Source: Thermodesulfobacteriota bacterium
GTDB taxonomy: Bacteria; Desulfobacterota_D; UBA1144; Nemesobacterales; Nemesobacteraceae
Length of the DNA: 64,000 nucleotides
Assembly: GCA_965249045.1 (NCBI GenBank)
Contig: OZ252213.1
Span: 1,399,904-1,463,903, forward strand
Direction of reading: 5' to 3'
The notes under the pieces were generated by a model, which was not told where the DNA came from, did no database searches, and was given only the letters and a program-made list of their open reading frames with translations. The translations under genes and the position numbers were made by a program. Shown here piece after piece: positions 18,436-28,275 of the stretch (position 1 is its first letter; every line of letters starts with the position of its first letter).

Positions 18436-19290
18436 CTACATGTATTTTTTTACAACAAGCTCAAGCCTGTCCTTAGTCTCTTCGGTTACGTGCTCCGGGG
18501 ACGTTATTATGGAGTAACCGAGGGCACCGGCACAGGGGCATTCTCTTTTTTCTGGGATACTATCAACTACAGCAGCCAATATTTTTTTCGCCGCATCGAC
18601 GTTTTTGTTCATGATTTCGATTATATCTGAGACTTTGACATCGTCGTGATCTTCTTTCCAGCAGTCATAATCGGTGCAAAGAGCTATCACGGAATAACAA
18701 ATCTCGGCTTCCCTCGCGAGTTTTGCTTCCGGCATCGCAGTCATTCCTATTACTCCTGCTCCCCATCTCCTGTAAATATGGCTCTCCGCTCTGGTAGAGA
18801 ACTGAGGACCTTCTATACAGATATAGGTTCCTCCAGAGTGAACCGTCCCACCACAGCCAAGCGATGCCTCTCTAAGACAATCCGAGAGCACAGAACACAC
18901 GGGATCGGCCATTGAAACGTGCGCCACCAGACCACCCTCAAAAAAGGTAGAAGGCCGCCCTTTTGTGTTATCAATGAACTGATCGGGTATTACTATGTGT
19001 CCGGGTTCTATTTCCTCTTTCAAGCTGCCCACGGCACTTACGGATATAACCCACTCGACTCCCATAGCTTTCATCGCGTATATGTTAGCCCGGAAATTTA
19101 TCTCCGATGGGGATATTGTATGCCCTGTCCCGTGTCTTGGAAGAAAAACCATGCGCGTGCCGCCAAGAGTTCCCGTGACGAGACTTGAAGAAGGGCTACC
19201 CCATGGAGTGTCCATAGAAACGCTTTTAACGTCCGAAAGTCCCTCCACCTCATAGAGACCGCTTCCGCCTATTACTCCTATGGTCCTCAA
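18436..19290 (-). CDS. mtnP: S-methyl-5'-thioadenosine phosphorylase / purine nucleoside phosphorylase family
   Basis: IGVIGGSGLYE...HGTGHTISPSEINFRANIYAMK, typical of the MTAP/PNP-I family. Confidence 0.85.
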   Translation of the reverse strand: MRTIGVIGGSGLYEVEGLSDVKSVSMDTPWGSPSSSLVTGTLGGTRMVFLPRHGTGHTISPSEINFRANIYAMKAMGVEWVISVSAVGSLKEEIEPGHIVIPDQFIDNTKGRPSTFFEGGLVAHVSMADPVCSVLSDCLREASLGCGGTVHSGGTYICIEGPQFSTRAESHIYRRWGAGVIGMTAMPEAKLAREAEICYSVIALCTDYDCWKEDHDDVKVSDIIEIMNKNVDAAKKILAAVVDSIPEKRECPCAGALGYSIITSPEHVTEETKDRLELVVKKYM

Positions 19291-19949
19291 ACTTTCGTCT
19301 CCATCTGCTGAGATATCGGTTTTGCGACAATAATTACCCTGGTTTCACCCGAAAAAGGCAGCTTGAGCTCTCTTGTCAAAAGAAGCTCCATATCCTCAGG
19401 ATGCCGGTCCACGTAATCTTCCCACTCCTTTTTTCCCCGGGGGCCTTTCATTATAACCATCTCCCCTCCGATATCCAGATAAGGAGCGCCAAGAGCAACT
19501 ATAGTGTCCATACTTCCAACCGCCCGGAATGTTGCCCGGTCAAAACACCCTCTCATGCTGTCGGCTATCTCCTCGGCCCTAGAGTGGTGAATATCGATAC
19601 CTGAAAGTCCGAGAGATCTTTTCATATGTTTTAGAAAAGCGACTTTCTTCCCCACAGACTCGACAAGCGTAACGCGAAGAGAACCATCGTGAATATAAAG
19701 CGGGATCCCGGGAAACCCGGCGCCTGTGCCTATGTCAATCACCCTTGAACCTGGAGGCATGAATTCGGCCACGGTAAGGGAATCGATCAGGTGCTTGATT
19801 ATAATTTCCCGCTCAGTAAGAACCGAACTTAGGTTTACACGTTCGCCCCACTTTCGCAGCAGATCAACGTAAGAGAGGAAAAGATCGGTCCTGATGTTAC
19901 TAACACCTATTCGTCTCGCTCCTTCCCTAAGGAGTTGTTCATTAGTCAT
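19287..19949 (-). CDS. rsmG: 16S rRNA (guanine527-N7)-methyltransferase RsmG
   Basis: 220-aa GidB-family sequence (DIGTGAGFPGIPL). Confidence 0.9.
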   Translation of the reverse strand: MTNEQLLREGARRIGVSNIRTDLFLSYVDLLRKWGERVNLSSVLTEREIIIKHLIDSLTVAEFMPPGSRVIDIGTGAGFPGIPLYIHDGSLRVTLVESVGKKVAFLKHMKRSLGLSGIDIHHSRAEEIADSMRGCFDRATFRAVGSMDTIVALGAPYLDIGGEMVIMKGPRGKKEWEDYVDRHPEDMELLLTRELKLPFSGETRVIIVAKPISQQMETKV

Positions 19950-20737
19950 TTTAACTCGAGCGTAGCGACATTGCTTATTCCTTTAAAAGCGAATGTAAGA
20001 AATCCGGTGTGCGCCACGGTTCTGTTATCGGGGCGGGTCTTCCCCTTTTTTACCTGGTAGTTTCTCATTATGAGCTCCACGGTTTCAATTCTTACAAAAC
20101 CCGTTTCCTCAAGCACTTCCGCGGTTCTTTCCACCTGGTTGTAAGTCGGGGAAATGCTCGCGATTCTCCCACCCGGAGCAAGAGCTTCGTAAGACGCGGG
20201 AATTCCGTACCATGGAGAAGGAAGATCAAGTATCGCAACGTCAACGTCCTTTTCCTTAAAACCCTCTCTGGCATCACCACAGTTAAATTCCACGTACTCT
20301 GAAAGTCCTGTCCGTCGCACGTTGTCTCTGGCGTTATTCATGAATTCTTCTCTTTTCTCGTACGTATAGACTTTTCCCGAAGGGGCCACTGAATTCGCAA
20401 GCGCTATGGTAAGAGCTCCAGAGCCGGTCGCGGCTTCAACCACTCTGGTTCCCGCCCTCACGTCCGTCTTAAAAAGAATAAGCGCCGCGTCCTTGGGGTA
20501 AACTATCTGCGTAGTCCTCCTCACCTTCATCACTTTCTGTTCAACAGTCGGATTAAGAAGCACAAAATCGTTTCCGAGACTCGAAACTATCGTCTCTCCC
20601 CATTTTTTTCCAAGCGCGGAGGAAAGATCGAGTATTCCCAGATGAGAACTGAAGGACCTGCCCTCTTCCACAACTACCATGAAACTTTTATTATCGGGGG
20701 AAACCAGAAGAATTGTGTCACCGGATTTTATTTTCAT
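19946..20737 (-). CDS. trmI: tRNA (adenine-N1)-methyltransferase TrmI (GCD14 family)
   Basis: 263 aa with an N-terminal beta domain and a SAM-binding Rossmann fold (VVEAATGSGALT). Confidence 0.85.
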   Translation of the reverse strand: MKIKSGDTILLVSPDNKSFMVVVEEGRSFSSHLGILDLSSALGKKWGETIVSSLGNDFVLLNPTVEQKVMKVRRTTQIVYPKDAALILFKTDVRAGTRVVEAATGSGALTIALANSVAPSGKVYTYEKREEFMNNARDNVRRTGLSEYVEFNCGDAREGFKEKDVDVAILDLPSPWYGIPASYEALAPGGRIASISPTYNQVERTAEVLEETGFVRIETVELIMRNYQVKKGKTRPDNRTVAHTGFLTFAFKGISNVATLELK

Positions 20738-21900
20738 TAAAGCCGTTTCGCCCTCCCCGCACTTATGAAATATTTATAGGTGAAGATAACGCACCCGGCA
20801 AGCATGAATATTCCCACTGCTGAATACATATTCGAGAAACCGTAATCGCGCGCTATGATCCCGAGGCCAAAGGCGAAAAAGTTTATCCCGATGCTAAATG
20901 ACATGTTAAACGCCCCCATAGCCGTTCCCCTCTCGTCATCAAGCGCCCTATCGATAATCATCGCGCTTATAGTTGGGTAAAGGATTCCATAACCCAGACT
21001 GAAGACAAAGGAAACCAAAACGGCACTCAGGGTGGAATTTATTGAAAAGACCAGCAGCAGGGACAAGACCATGATGAACATTGAAGGCAGGGCTATTTTT
21101 CTCCTCTCGACAATATCCGGAAGCCTCCCCCCTAGAACCCTGATTAATATCACGGTTATGGAATAGGTAAGGAAAAAACTTCTCGCGTTAATTCCATTTT
21201 CCTTAAGAAAAACAGAGAAGAAATTGAGCATGCTTCCAAGCCCCACGGCAATTATAAGGTTGGTCAACAGAAGCACCCTGAATCTCGCTGAGAAAACAAC
21301 GTCAAAGAATCCGCTGAAGATGGGTTTTCTGGATACCGTAAAGCTTCCCTCTCGTGAAAAAAAGCAAAAAACAAAGGCAAGCAGGCTGAACAAGGAAGTA
21401 TAGAGGAAGAAGACCGGGTAACTGAATCTTTCGATTACCAGTTCTCCCAGAGAAGGTCCAATCGAGTAAGAAGCTATTGTGAAGGCACCGAAGAGGCCAA
21501 GTCCGTAAGCCCTTATTTCACTGGGAACATAATCTGAAACCGCAGTAGCCGCAGATGTGAAGAAAAAAGCGAAAGCGACTCCCTGCATGAGTCTCAGAAT
21601 AAATATTTTCACGTCAATATCCGATATGAGAATGTATAGAAGGGAGATCAAAAACATCAAGAAAGAGCCCGCAAGCATAAATCTCCTTCGCCCATAGTGA
21701 TCTATCAGAAAGGCTGCAAAGGGAATGACTCCTATTGAGGTTATGCCGAAGGTTCCCATAACGTAACCTATACGGGCCTCGTCACCCCCAATATCCCTTA
21801 TAAAAAGCGGGAGCAGGAAGAAAGAGGAAAAATTACAGAAAAAGAAAAAGTTTCCCAGAGTAACTAGGGAGAAATCTCTGTACTTTTGTAGGAAAAGCAT
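20737..21900 (-). CDS. MFS transporter (intact paralog)
   Basis: 387 aa with about 12 predicted TM segments. It is about 55% identical to the IS-disrupted paralog at 22433..25151. Confidence 0.8.
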   Translation of the reverse strand: MLFLQKYRDFSLVTLGNFFFFCNFSSFFLLPLFIRDIGGDEARIGYVMGTFGITSIGVIPFAAFLIDHYGRRRFMLAGSFLMFLISLLYILISDIDVKIFILRLMQGVAFAFFFTSAATAVSDYVPSEIRAYGLGLFGAFTIASYSIGPSLGELVIERFSYPVFFLYTSLFSLLAFVFCFFSREGSFTVSRKPIFSGFFDVVFSARFRVLLLTNLIIAVGLGSMLNFFSVFLKENGINARSFFLTYSITVILIRVLGGRLPDIVERRKIALPSMFIMVLSLLLVFSINSTLSAVLVSFVFSLGYGILYPTISAMIIDRALDDERGTAMGAFNMSFSIGINFFAFGLGIIARDYGFSNMYSAVGIFMLAGCVIFTYKYFISAGRAKRL

Positions 21901-21980
21901 CTTAAATGGTGGACTGAAGAAAATTAAAGAGAGGAAAGTCTACATGATTTTACACCTTCTATCAGAACAACTATGATTTT

Positions 21981-22008
21981 TTGACATGAAAGGGGGCCGT
22001 GATATAAT
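21981..22008 (+). promoter_or_regulatory. Consensus sigma70 promoter for the tRNA-Lys/tRNA-Glu pair (TTGACA, 16-nt spacer, TATAAT)
   Basis: ttgaca at 21981-21986 and tataat at 22003-22008. The tRNA starts at 22021. Confidence 0.55.
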
Positions 22009-22020
22009 ACGGCATCTTTT

Positions 22021-22094
22021 GAGCCGTTAGCTCAGCTTGGTAGAGCAACTGCCTTTTAAGCAGTGGGTCACAGGTTCGAATCCTGTACGGCTCA
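22021..22094 (+). tRNA. tRNA-Lys (anticodon UUU)
   Basis: Manual cloverleaf: acceptor gagccgt/acggctc, D arm gctc-agcttggta-gagc, anticodon arm actgc-cttttaa-gcagt, T arm acagg-ttcgaat-cctgt, discriminator A. There is no encoded CCA. Confidence 0.9.
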
Positions 22095-22104
22095 TTTTTC
22101 CGTC

Positions 22105-22182
22105 GTCCCCGTCGTCTAGTCAGGCCTAGGACATCGGCCTTTCACGCCGGTAACAGGGGTTCAAATCCCCTCGGGGACGCCA
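22105..22182 (+). tRNA. tRNA-Glu (anticodon UUC), with encoded CCA
   Basis: Acceptor gtccccg/cggggac, anticodon arm tcggc-ctttcac-gccgg, T arm agggg-ttcaaat-cccct, discriminator G followed by CCA. Confidence 0.85.
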
Positions 22183-23556
22183 GAGAAAAATTCCCAATAG
22201 CAGTTTGAAAAACCATAGTGAAAACAGCTGGTTAAAATTTTTGGTTCAAGCAGTTTCTATCTAACTTCCGACTTTCCCGTCCCCACAACCTTTGGGAGCA
22301 AGGTGCTTCCCTTTTGGAATTTCCTTCAGAAGTGTGTGTGTTGGAGTGCAAGATTAGGTTCTCTCGCCATTGTCACGTAAGTTCTCTTCTCGGGAGAAAA
22401 GTAAAAAGAAAAGATGTATATCTTTCTTTGTTCTATTCTATCGCGGCTTCTTCACCCATTATTGCGGTTATGTAGTACTTGTAAGTAAAGATGACACACC
22501 CAACAACCAAGAACATCGCGGTTGCCAAGTACATGCTGAAGAAGCCGTAATCGCGCACTATCAGTCCAAGAATAATAGCGGAAGAGTTTATTCCTGTTCC
22601 GTAGGCCATATTAAATATGCCCACTGCGGTTCCCCTCTCGCCGGCATGCGCTCTGTCAATAACCATTGTATTTATCGTGGGATAAGCAAATCCGTAGCCT
22701 ATACTAAATACCAGAGAGAACAGAATCAATTGTGAATAGATGCTCACGAAGAAAGCTATGGGCATCGAGACAACTATCATAAAGAGTGCTGGCAGAGCGA
22801 TCTTTCTTCTCTGTATAATATCCGTGAACCTTCCCCCAAAAACCCTGATTAATATTGCCACCACGGCATAGATAACAAAAAAAATTCCCATTTGAAGGCC
22901 CTGTTCTTTGAGATGAATGTGGAAGAAATGGACTAAAGACCCGAGCCCCACGGCGATCATCAGGTTCATCAGGAAAAGTACGCTGAACCTGTCGGAAAAC
23001 AAAACATTAAGGAATCCTTGGAAAAGCTGGCCCCTGAGTACGCCGCGGGTTGTTTTCGCTGAGAAGAAGCAAAGTATAAACGCAAACAGCTGGAAGCTAG
23101 AAGCGTAGAGAAAAAACGTATGGTAACCGAATTTTTCAATAAGAATTTCTCCGAAGAAGGGCCCGATGGAGAAACAGGCTATCATCGTAACACCGAAGGT
23201 GGTAAGACAAGAATGCCTTATGTTCCTAGGAATGGTATACGAAACGGCTGTAGCCGCGGAAGTAAAGAAAAGGCCGAATGCAACGCCCTGCAAAAGCCTC
23301 AAAGCGTACATCATTGCGTTAATATCCGATACAAACAGGTAAAGAATGGAGAACAAAAACATTAGGGCTGAACCCAAGAGCATGAAAATCCTCTGCCCGT
23401 AGCGGTCTATAAGAAAACCGGAAACCAGAGCGGTACTTACTGACGCTATACCGAAAGTCCCCATCACGTAACCAATAGAGGCCGTGTCACCTCCTAGGTC
23501 TTTTATGAAAAGTGGCAGCAGGAAGAAGGAGGTGAAACCACATTGGAAGAAAAAAT

Positions 23557-25094
23557 GAGTTATAACTAAATCTGGTGTTCAGAGTGATTTGAAAAAAAGC
23601 GGCGTATCCGGTTGATTTGTTGTTTGAGTTCAAAAAAACAACCAATAGGAGGATACGCCACTATGGGCAAGAAGGATAAAGTTTTTGACCTCAAAGGTCA
23701 AAAAGAGACAATCGATTCATTGAACGGACTGTTCAGCAAATTTGTCCACTCAGAAAGACAGAGAGCGGTTGCCAAAGAATTGAAGCTTGACGGACACATG
23801 GGAAACGGGCTTCAAGGCCCCGGGGCGGTTGCTGACCCCCTCAGCGAGATGTTGAGAGAGGGCGCCCGGTTTCTTCTCGGCACAGCCGTGCGGTGCGAGC
23901 TCGAAGAGTTCCTCAAGCAATACGAGGATCGTCTTCTGGACAATGGGAGAGTCGCGGTTGTGCGCAACGGATACCTGCCCGAGCGGGAGATACAGACCGG
24001 CATTGGTCCCGTGAAGGTACGAGTTCCCAAGGTGAGGTCCAAGGACGGGGAACCCGTCACTTTCCACTCGGTATTGGTGCCTCCCTATGTGCGCAAGGCC
24101 GCGACGCTTGAGGCGGCTTTGCCTTGGCTGTATCTGAAGGGAGTATCCACCGGGGAGATGGGGCCTGCGCTAGAGGCGCTGATCGGGCCTGAGGCCAGGG
24201 GGCTTTCGCAAAGCACGGTGTCGCGGCTCAAAAAACAGTGGGCCGAGCAATACGGTACCTGGAGGACCGGGGATTTGAGCGAGGGTCGCTGGGTGTATAT
24301 ATGGGTAGACGGCATATACAGCAACATACGAGGAGATAACCCTCGGTTGTGCGTGCTGGTGGTCATAGGGGTAAACGAACGTGGGGAGAAGCACTTCCTG
24401 GCTATCGAAGACGGTGTGCGAGAATCAAAGCAGAGCTGGCGTGAGGTATTGGTGAATCTCAAAGGGCGTGGGATGAAGGAAGCCCCGAAGCTTGCTGTTG
24501 GAGATGGAGCGCTTGGGTTTTGGCCCGCTCTTGAAGAGGTTTACGGAGAAACCCGTCAGCAGCGCTGCTGGGTGCACAAAACGATGAACGTACTCAACTA
24601 CCTGCCCAAGTCCTCCCAGCCCAAGGCCAAGAGGCAGCTGCATGATATCTGGCAGGCGGAGACAAAGGAAGACGCGGAGAGGGCCTTTGATCTGTTCTTG
24701 AAGACATATGAAGACAAGTACCCGAGAGCGGCACAGTGCCTTGTGAAGGACAGGGAGGAGTTGCTGGCGTTTTACGACTTTCCCGCCAACCACTGGCGGA
24801 GCATTCGGACAACGAACCCGATTGAGTCGGCCTTCGGCACAATACGGCATCGGACCAGACGCTGCAAAGGCTGTCTGAGTTCCGAGGGCATGTTGCACAT
24901 GATATTCAAGCTGGGGATGTGCGCGGAGAAGAACTGGCGCAAAATTAACGGGTTTGATTTCCTGGCGAAAGTGATAACGGGAGTGAAGTTCAGAGATGGG
25001 ATCGAAGAGACAACAGAGAAAACAGCGGAGGTGACGACAGACGATCAGGTCGCCGCTTGATCATGTCCTTGAACACCAGATTTGCATATATCTC
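23557..25094 (+). mobile_element. IS256-family insertion sequence, copy 1 (1538 bp), flanked by an 8-bp target-site duplication GAAAAAAT
   Basis: It matches copy 2 at 44666..46203 across the transposase ORF and at both ends. The terminal inverted repeats are imperfect and about 32 bp long (gagttataactaaatctggtgttca... versus the reverse complement gagatatatgcaaatctggtgttca...). The duplication GAAAAAAT lies at 23549-23556 and 25095-25102. Confidence 0.9.
23612..25060 (+). CDS. IS256-family (Mutator-type) transposase
   Basis: 482 aa with the C-terminal family signature HWRSIRTTNPIESAFGTIRHRTR. The protein is identical to the copy at 44700..46148. Confidence 0.9.
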   Translation: MICCLSSKKQPIGGYATMGKKDKVFDLKGQKETIDSLNGLFSKFVHSERQRAVAKELKLDGHMGNGLQGPGAVADPLSEMLREGARFLLGTAVRCELEEFLKQYEDRLLDNGRVAVVRNGYLPEREIQTGIGPVKVRVPKVRSKDGEPVTFHSVLVPPYVRKAATLEAALPWLYLKGVSTGEMGPALEALIGPEARGLSQSTVSRLKKQWAEQYGTWRTGDLSEGRWVYIWVDGIYSNIRGDNPRLCVLVVIGVNERGEKHFLAIEDGVRESKQSWREVLVNLKGRGMKEAPKLAVGDGALGFWPALEEVYGETRQQRCWVHKTMNVLNYLPKSSQPKAKRQLHDIWQAETKEDAERAFDLFLKTYEDKYPRAAQCLVKDREELLAFYDFPANHWRSIRTTNPIESAFGTIRHRTRRCKGCLSSEGMLHMIFKLGMCAEKNWRKINGFDFLAKVITGVKFRDGIEETTEKTAEVTTDDQVAA

Positions 25095-25615
25095 GAAAAA
25101 ATTTCCCAGAGTGATTAGAGAAAAATCTTTATATTCTCTTATGAACTCCATATTGAGGCCTATTCTAACGAAAGAAAATTCAAGCCTGAATACTACACGA
25201 TTTTATATTTTGTGTTGATCTTTACAGTCAAATTTTCTCATATAAAAACGCTCCACAATATAACACAGACTTGCCCGAACCATGAGGTTGGCCATTAGGA
25301 TAAATATTTTTCGTCATCCCACTCATCTTGACTAAGTTTCTATTGCAGGGGAATGACATGAGCACGGCTTGAAGGAATGAAAGCGATTTTTATGATCTCT
25401 CAATATACTCTAGAGAAAGTTGCTATGAGTGGTAAACGCAAGGAAATGTTACGGAAAAATCTGTGGCCTGAACAGTACTTTCAGTGATCATGGGCTACGC
25501 ATACCCGTAAACCTTTGATCAGGGGGAAGTAATACCATTAACAAATGGCAACGCTACGTCCATATCCACGCTCGGCCACTAGCCTGCTCCGCTGAGTTGA
25601 AATCGGCTGCTAACC

Positions 25616-27190
25616 CTAAAGATATTTTTCGTATTCTTTTTCGAAAAGATCTGATAGCGTATTAGCTTTGCGGTCATATTCTTCCAGATCATCCCAAGAA
25701 AGTCTGGGCTGAAGAAGAGTCGAATCAACCCCTGGACACTTAACTGGCACAGACAAATCAAGTATGGGGATTTTGACAAATTCGCTACCGTCAAGCGAAC
25801 CGTTTACCGCAGCGCTAACAAGAGCCCTTGTGGATGGGAGAGGCATTCTTTTACCAACTCCGAAAGGTCCGCCGGAAATCCCGGTATTCAGAAGCCAGAC
25901 GGTTACTTTGTGCTTCTCCATCCTTTCCTTCAGCATTCTGCCGTAGAACTTCGGGGGTCTTGGAAGAAAGGGAGACCCGAAACATGAACTGAAAGTCGCC
26001 TGGGGCTTGCTTACCCCTCTTTCCGTACCAGCAACTTTCGCCGTGTATCCCAGAAGGAAATAACGCATAGCTTGGTCGGGATCAAGTTTCGATATCGGGG
26101 GCAGAACACCGAAAGCGTCATAAGTCAGCATGAAAATACTTTTCGGAATGCTGCCTACTCCTTCCGGAACAATGTTCTCAAGCATATCAATCTGGTAAGC
26201 CCCGCGGGTGTTCTCCGTATGCCTGTCACTGTCAAAATCTATCTTTCCCGTCTCTAGATCAAGCTCAACGTTTTCCAAAACCGAGCCAAAATTAAGCGCC
26301 GCCCGATAAATCTCAGGCTCTGTGTTTGGACTAAGCTTTATAGTTTTTGCGTAACACCCGCCCTCGAAATTAAAAACTCCTTCATCAAACCATCCGTGCT
26401 CGTCGTCTCCGATAAGAGCTCTTTCAGGATCGGCGGAAAGCGTGGTTTTGCCCGTTCCCGACAGTCCGAAGAAAAGTGCTACGTTTCCATCTTTTCCGAT
26501 ATTTGCCGAACAGTGCATTGGAAAAACGTCTTTTTCCGGCAAAAGAAAATTCATTGCGGCAAAAACGGATTTTTTCATTTCTCCCGCATAGCGCGTTCCC
26601 CCGATAAGGGCAATTCTTCGGCTCAAGTTAAGAAATATGAACGTTTCGCTGTTAAGACCGTAGCTCTCGGGATCATCCGCCTTGAAACCCGGGGCCGAGA
26701 TAACGGTAAAACCCACTTCACTGTGGGGAAGCTCAGAAGCGTCTGGCCTTATAAAAAGGTTGTTTACGAAAAGATTGTGCCACGCAAATTCGTTTATAAC
26801 CCTTACGTTTGTTCTATAGTGGGGATGGGCGCAGACCTGCAGGTCTCTTACAAAAACGTCTTTCCCTTTGAAATAATCCATCACTTTTTCATAAAAGTGA
26901 TCAAATACCTCGGGTGACACAGGCTGATTTACCGCCCCCCAATCTACATCTTTTTCCGTAGAAGGTTCCTTTACCACAAACCTGTCCTTGGGAGATCTTC
27001 CAGTATGGGGAGAAGTGAAACCTACAAAAGTTCCCCGCTCACCGATGCATCCTTCGTTTCTTTTAATCGCCTCTTCATAGAGTCTGGGAACAGAGAGGTT
27101 GTAATAGACGCCGGAAGGATCTTCAAGCTGATGTTTTTCTGAAAGCTCCTTTTCGATTGAAAAATTCTCGGACATGTTTTTTGCCTCCAA
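25616..27190 (-). CDS. pckA: Phosphoenolpyruvate carboxykinase (ATP)
   Basis: 524 aa with the kinase-1a motif GLSGTGKTTLS and PEPCK-ATP family sequence throughout. Confidence 0.95.
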   Translation of the reverse strand: MEAKNMSENFSIEKELSEKHQLEDPSGVYYNLSVPRLYEEAIKRNEGCIGERGTFVGFTSPHTGRSPKDRFVVKEPSTEKDVDWGAVNQPVSPEVFDHFYEKVMDYFKGKDVFVRDLQVCAHPHYRTNVRVINEFAWHNLFVNNLFIRPDASELPHSEVGFTVISAPGFKADDPESYGLNSETFIFLNLSRRIALIGGTRYAGEMKKSVFAAMNFLLPEKDVFPMHCSANIGKDGNVALFFGLSGTGKTTLSADPERALIGDDEHGWFDEGVFNFEGGCYAKTIKLSPNTEPEIYRAALNFGSVLENVELDLETGKIDFDSDRHTENTRGAYQIDMLENIVPEGVGSIPKSIFMLTYDAFGVLPPISKLDPDQAMRYFLLGYTAKVAGTERGVSKPQATFSSCFGSPFLPRPPKFYGRMLKERMEKHKVTVWLLNTGISGGPFGVGKRMPLPSTRALVSAAVNGSLDGSEFVKIPILDLSVPVKCPGVDSTLLQPRLSWDDLEEYDRKANTLSDLFEKEYEKYL

Positions 27191-27345
27191 ATTCCCTATC
27201 GCCTATAGGCTTACAAACAACAAAGATGTCGGGGAAAATCGACTATTTTATTAAAGGACTTGTAAGATATACAAAGTTTCTCTTTTTGCAAGAATAAATC
27301 CGACTCGGCTCACAGAATCCCTAAGACCCGTTAAAAGAACTGGGT

Positions 27346-28275
27346 TTATGTCTTTGCGGTGACCTTCGATATCCATCCGGTTATCGCATCTATAGAGTCT
27401 TTGGGATTCTCTACGCAGTCATGTTTCGCCCCAAGTATATAGTGCAGTGTCACGTCTTCGTTACCCGCATGATTCATTATATTCTTAAGCTCCTTGGGCT
27501 CCCACACATCAACGATATCGTCGTCTACTCCGTGGATAAACAGAACCGGAATTTCCACATCTTTTATAATCTCGCAGGTTTTTGCGTAGTAGGCATGAGG
27601 CCCTCTCATGAACCACCAAGTCCTGTAAGTAAACATCTCGGCATCAACGGGGTTGAAAGAATCACCCCAAGCTCTGTAGACAATAAACACCTGATCGTTT
27701 TTCTTCTTCTCGGGGTTCGGACCCAATACCTCTCTGGCTTTTAGATAGATAGCCTCATAAGAAGGAATGCTCCTGTTTCTCTCAAGCCTTCTTTGCTGTG
27801 AATAGGGAAGAGAATAGGAACAGCCTTCCAGTATAAGCCCGTTTATCCCAAAAGAACCGGTCTGGCTGGCGTAGTAGACGGCCATGTTGGCCCCTAGGCT
27901 GTAACCCAGAATGAAAATGTTACGAAACCCTTCTTTCCGAAGAATATTCACCGATTCCTTCATTTCATGAATTGTGTCGGGAAAGACCCCTTCCCCCATT
28001 ATCTGACCCATAAACGCCATGCGGGTATTCACAGAAAGCGTGCTTATATTTTTTTCTTTAAGAAGCGGAGGGAGTCTGACTGGGGTTCCCCTTGTGAGAA
28101 AGTGTCCCAATACTCCGTAGAGATTTATGATTATGGGAGATTCGTAAAGATCTTCTTCCGAGGCAAACGCGGGGGTAACAAGAAGAGAATTCACCTCGAA
28201 TCCATCTTCAGTCTTATAAGTAAGAAGACTCTTCTGTTCGTTTACCATCGTAGAATCAGACGAATCTTCTGTCAA
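27346..28275 (-). CDS. Alpha/beta-hydrolase fold protein (GxSxG: GYSLGAN). It is a tandem paralog of the next gene.
   Basis: 309 aa. It shares VNTRMA...GYSLG...HG.DD motifs with 28256..29158. The true start may be the second Met, at 28248. Confidence 0.7.
   Translation of the reverse strand: MTEDSSDSTMVNEQKSLLTYKTEDGFEVNSLLVTPAFASEEDLYESPIIINLYGVLGHFLTRGTPVRLPPLLKEKNISTLSVNTRMAFMGQIMGEGVFPDTIHEMKESVNILRKEGFRNIFILGYSLGANMAVYYASQTGSFGINGLILEGCSYSLPYSQQRRLERNRSIPSYEAIYLKAREVLGPNPEKKKNDQVFIVYRAWGDSFNPVDAEMFTYRTWWFMRGPHAYYAKTCEIIKDVEIPVLFIHGVDDDIVDVWEPKELKNIMNHAGNEDVTLHYILGAKHDCVENPKDSIDAITGWISKVTAKT

Larger units (their letters stand above)
22433..25151 (-). pseudogene. MFS transporter paralog split after codon 19 by IS256-family copy 1. 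The 3' part is 22433..23556 and the 5' part is 25095..25151.
   Basis: The minus-strand frame continues upstream of the listed ORF (…FFQCGFTSFFLLPLFIKDLGGDTASIGYVMGTFG) up to the IS end at 23557. The reverse complement of 25095-25151 encodes MEFIREYKDFSLITLGNFF, which matches the N-terminus MLFLQKYRDFSLVTLGNFFFF of the intact paralog. Confidence 0.8.

Noticed and set aside
23750-24898. Multiple 70-160 aa ORFs inside the IS256 copies that appear twice, for example 24425..24898 and its twin 44862..45335
   Set aside because: They overlap the transposase gene in other frames. Their duplication merely reflects the two identical IS copies and gives no independent evidence of coding.
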